This document shows positions 16,485 through 18,977 of a stretch of DNA of 18,977 nt, piece after piece. The stretch spans positions 1 to 18,977 of the forward strand of contig JBARXI010000674.1 of the NCBI GenBank assembly GCA_049647275.1, read 5' to 3'. Within the stretch, counting starts at the first letter, position 1. Each line of letters opens with the position of its first letter. A program made the position numbers and the translations under genes. This DNA comes from Microcoleaceae cyanobacterium. Its GTDB lineage: Bacteria > Cyanobacteriota > Cyanobacteriia > Cyanobacteriales > Microcoleaceae. The notes under the pieces were generated by a model. That model worked only from the letters and a program-made list of their open reading frames with translations, was not told where the DNA came from and ran no database searches.

Positions 16485-17190
16485 AACTTCTCAAGTTTTA
16501 TCGTCAAGCTGAAGATAAATTAAGTACATTACAGCCAAATAAATAAGTTCAAACTAAAAATCATCAAGCTAGACAAGGAAGACAATAGCAATTTAAGGAA
16601 TTAGGGTAATTATTAGATAACGTAGATGTCATATTTGTCGAAGATGTGCAAATAGTAAATATCTTAAAACCTCATCAGACTCAGCTCAAGAAAAATAGCA
16701 ACTATTTGCCCAATAATAAATCTACTAAATCTGGATTAAATAAATTATTTGCTAATGCTGCAATAGCAGGATTATTAAATGAAATGCTGACTGTGAAAGC
16801 TGGTAATAAAATAGTTGTAGATTTCATAAGGCTTCCTGAGAAACTCTATAAACTTCCCAAGTTTTATCGTCAAGCTGAAAAGAAATTAAGTATATTACAG
16901 CCAAATAAATAAGTTCAAACTAAAAATCATCAAGCTAGACAAGGAAGACAATAGTAATTTAAGGGATTAGGGTAATTATTAGATAACGCAGATTTCATAT
17001 TTGTCGAAGATGTGCAAATGGCAAATATCTCAAAACTTCATTAGACTCAGCTCAAGAAAAATAGCAACTATTTGCCGATTGATTATTCTGCTAAATCTGG
17101 ATGAAATAAATCATTTGCTGATGCTGAAATTGCAGGATTATTAAATGAAATGCTAACTGTGAAAACTGGTAATAAAATAGTTGAAATTAA
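16464..17190 (+). repeat. Tandem duplication, 366-bp period (copy 1 16464-16829, copy 2 16830 to about 17190), within the tnpB remnant
   Basis: ggcttcctgagaaac.ctataaactt starts at 16464 and again at 16830. The following roughly 350 bp align colinearly by eye with scattered substitutions. Both copies begin with the last 21 bp or so of MITE C. Confidence 0.85.
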
Positions 17191-17382
17191 TTCAGCAAGA
17201 ACATTTCAATATTGTGCAATTTGTTTAAATAGAGTTCCTAAAACATTAAGTAACAGATGAAATATTTGCTCTAATTGTGAAACCTTTATGTCTGGCGATC
17301 GCAACTCTGCCATATTAATAAAACAAGTGGGGTTGGGTATCGCCTCACTCAAAAACACAAACTCTCAAAAGGGAAGGATAAG

Positions 17383-17415
17383 CCTACACTAAAAGTTAAC
17401 TAACGTCAGTGTAGG
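17383..17415 (+). other. 8-bp-stem hairpin (cctacact / agtgtagg) just 3' of the tnpB remnant; possible right-end or omega-RNA terminal hairpin
   Basis: Read directly. It lies about 40 bp after the last recognisable TnpB residues and 13 bp before the dacB ATG. Confidence 0.4.
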
Positions 17416-17427
17416 AGTATATCACTT

Positions 17428-18738
17428 ATGTGGGAATTGTTCAGTTACGGAGTCATATCTCTCTGGCTAGAAATGGCAGGTATAGAAACTATTGGGCAAA
17501 ATACTGTACCGATACTAAAATGGCAAGCAGGTCTACCTCAATTAATTACACCTCAAAATTCTGACCAAATATTGACCTTAAAAGTAGATGAATATTTGGA
17601 AGGCTTGGCAGAGCGGGGATTACTAACTGCCGATTCTCAAGGTATCTGGCTTCAGTCAGAACTCAGACCTTTATATAGTAAAAACGGTACATTTCCCATA
17701 CCAGGGGCTTCTTTGACCAAAATCGCCACATCTTTAGCAGCTCTGGAAACTTGGGGGCCTCAGCATCAATTTGAAACCTTAATTAGTACAACCGGCCCAA
17801 TTACAAATGGAATATTGCGAGGAGATTTGGTCATTACTGGTGGCAGTGACCCATATTTTGTCTGGGAAGAAGCGATCGCCCTAGGCAACACTCTACAAAA
17901 ATTGGGAATTAATCAGGTGACAGGTAATTTGGTCATAGTTGGTGATTTCTCGATGAACTATCGCTCAGACCCAATAGTTGCTGGCCAATTATTACGAGAG
18001 GGTATAAATTCGGCAACTTGGTCGGCTAATGTGAGAAATGTCTATAACCGAATGCCACCAGGAACACTTCAGCCAAAAGTAGCGATCGCTGGTTCTGTGA
18101 TTTCCCAACAATCTGTCACAACAAAAATTCCAATTATTCGGCACAAGTCTTTGCCACTTATCTATATCCTTAAAACTATGAATGTGGAAAGTAATAATGA
18201 TTTGGCCGAGATATTGGCAAATAATTTGGGTGGGGCAAAAGTTGTGCAACGAAAAGCTGCCTGGGCTGCGGGAGTGCCTCAAGCAGAAGTTGAGTTAATT
18301 AATGGTTCTGGGTTGGGAGTGGAAAATCGGCTTTCCCCAAGAGCTGTAACTGGAATGTTGATGGCTATTCAAAGGTTTTTACAAACTTATAGGTGGTTTG
18401 TATCTGACTTATTTCCGGTTTCTGGTTATGACCGGGGAACTTTGGCAGACCAAGGACGCAATATTCCTAAAGGTACGATGGTTAAGACGGGTACTCTTAA
18501 TGATGTGATTGCTTTAGCTGGAGTGATTCCGACTCGCGAAGAGGGTTTGGTTTGGTTTACGATGATTAACCGCAGCCCCTATTGGGAAGAGACAAGAGCG
18601 GAGCAGGATAAATTTTTACAGGAATTAGTAAATCAGTGGGGTGCTATTACAGCTCCAGCAGCTATTACTCCTCAGATAAATGGCGAGCGGTTGGGTTTGG
18701 GGGCGAGCGAGCGAAATCAAGTTATTTCTGGAAATTAA
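17428..18738 (+). CDS. dacB: D-alanyl-D-alanine carboxypeptidase/endopeptidase, PBP4 (peptidase S13) family
   Basis: 436 aa with SxxK (GASLTKIAT), SxN (VESNNDLAE) and KTG (VKTGTL) motifs in the order and spacing typical of PBP4/DacB. The start could instead be the internal MAGIE Met. Confidence 0.85.
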   Translation: MWELFSYGVISLWLEMAGIETIGQNTVPILKWQAGLPQLITPQNSDQILTLKVDEYLEGLAERGLLTADSQGIWLQSELRPLYSKNGTFPIPGASLTKIATSLAALETWGPQHQFETLISTTGPITNGILRGDLVITGGSDPYFVWEEAIALGNTLQKLGINQVTGNLVIVGDFSMNYRSDPIVAGQLLREGINSATWSANVRNVYNRMPPGTLQPKVAIAGSVISQQSVTTKIPIIRHKSLPLIYILKTMNVESNNDLAEILANNLGGAKVVQRKAAWAAGVPQAEVELINGSGLGVENRLSPRAVTGMLMAIQRFLQTYRWFVSDLFPVSGYDRGTLADQGRNIPKGTMVKTGTLNDVIALAGVIPTREEGLVWFTMINRSPYWEETRAEQDKFLQELVNQWGAITAPAAITPQINGERLGLGASERNQVISGN

Positions 18739-18740
18739 GT

Positions 18741-18977
18741 TTGAGGAGAGCAGTAACTTGTCTCGCTTTTAATCCTGATGGTAAAACCTTGCTAAGTGGT
18801 AGTAGTGATGGAAAAATTCAGGAATGGACTGTCACTGGAAAACCATTGTCAACCTTTCCTGAAAATTCCGAACAACATTCTAGAGGTGTAACTTCTATTG
18901 CTTTTAGTCCTGATGGAGAAACCTTGATTAGTAGTGGTCGAGACCAAACTATCAAAATTTGGCAGCGAGATTTTTAA
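18741..18977 (+). CDS. Short WD40-repeat fragment (two blades); possible gene remnant
   Basis: VTCLAFNPDGKTLLSGSSDGKIQEW and VTSIAFSPDGETLISSGRDQTIKIW are textbook WD40 blades. There is no ATG after the dacB stop; the only plausible start is TTG 18741. The stop codon coincides with the window end. Two blades cannot form a propeller alone. Confidence 0.35.
   Translation: MRRAVTCLAFNPDGKTLLSGSSDGKIQEWTVTGKPLSTFPENSEQHSRGVTSIAFSPDGETLISSGRDQTIKIWQRDF

Larger units (their letters stand above)
16190..17345 (+). pseudogene. tnpB: Decayed TnpB (IS200/IS605-IS607 accessory RuvC nuclease) gene, interrupted by a MITE and an internal tandem duplication
   Basis: Readable in shifting frames: NIGIDSG (RuvC-I, D codon 16309-16311). 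FVEDVQ(I/M) (RuvC-II, E codon 17006-17008 in copy 2). LNKLFANAAIAGLLNEMLTVKAGNKIV. Zinc-finger and RuvC-III region FQYCAICLNRVPKTLSNR*NICSNCETFMSGDRNSAILIKQVG (about 17200-17340). Multiple stops and frameshifts. The 5' limit is uncertain. Confidence 0.65.

Noticed and set aside
16646-16912. 88-aa ORF as an independent gene
   Set aside because: It is the longest open stretch of the decayed tnpB (RuvC-II to mid-domain) and runs across the tandem-duplication junction. It is annotated as part of the pseudogene.
14659-17345. A single IS607 element comprising tnpA and the tnpB remnant
   Set aside because: The two genes are divergently oriented and tnpB lies on the 5' side of tnpA, which is incompatible with the IS607 tnpA-tnpB layout. 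No simple single inversion restores it.
17992-18282. 96-aa minus-strand ORF inside dacB
   Set aside because: It is antisense to the PBP4-family CDS, which has the SxxK/SxN/KTG motifs.

Overview
AT-rich chromosomal window, probably from a filamentous (Nostocales-type) cyanobacterium. This is inferred from five HIP1 octamers GCGATCGC (474, 11275, 17295, 17872, 18082), STRR-like heptamer arrays, many MITE-like hairpin elements and a WD40 fragment. The housekeeping backbone is a minus-strand lipid-synthesis cluster plsX (13369-14370), fabH (10482-11474), fabD (8249-9124). There is also a PBP4/DacB-type peptidase (17428-18738) and a two-domain VOC/glyoxalase-like protein (4335-5351). The lipid cluster is heavily colonised. 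An apparently intact IscB (OMEGA RNA-guided RuvC/HNH nuclease, 11614-13089) lies between plsX and fabH, with a 279-bp non-coding upstream region that could encode its omega RNA. A frameshifted four-helix-bundle (23S rRNA IVS / Avd-like) gene and two MITEs lie between fabH and fabD. A solo IS607 serine-recombinase tnpA sits just upstream of plsX. Elsewhere there is a truncated IS630 HTH fragment and a decayed TnpB gene carrying a MITE insertion and a 366-bp internal tandem duplication. A 2.2-kb ORF-free stretch is full of small inverted-repeat elements. The other notable gene is a 1230-aa ORF (410/425-4102) with an Mrr-like nuclease motif, a P-loop NTPase and about 900 aa with no motif I can recognise. 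This resembles an Avs/STAND-like single-gene defence protein, and a tandem 119-bp repeat array lies just upstream at the window edge. All functional calls come from motif reading by eye; no searches were run.
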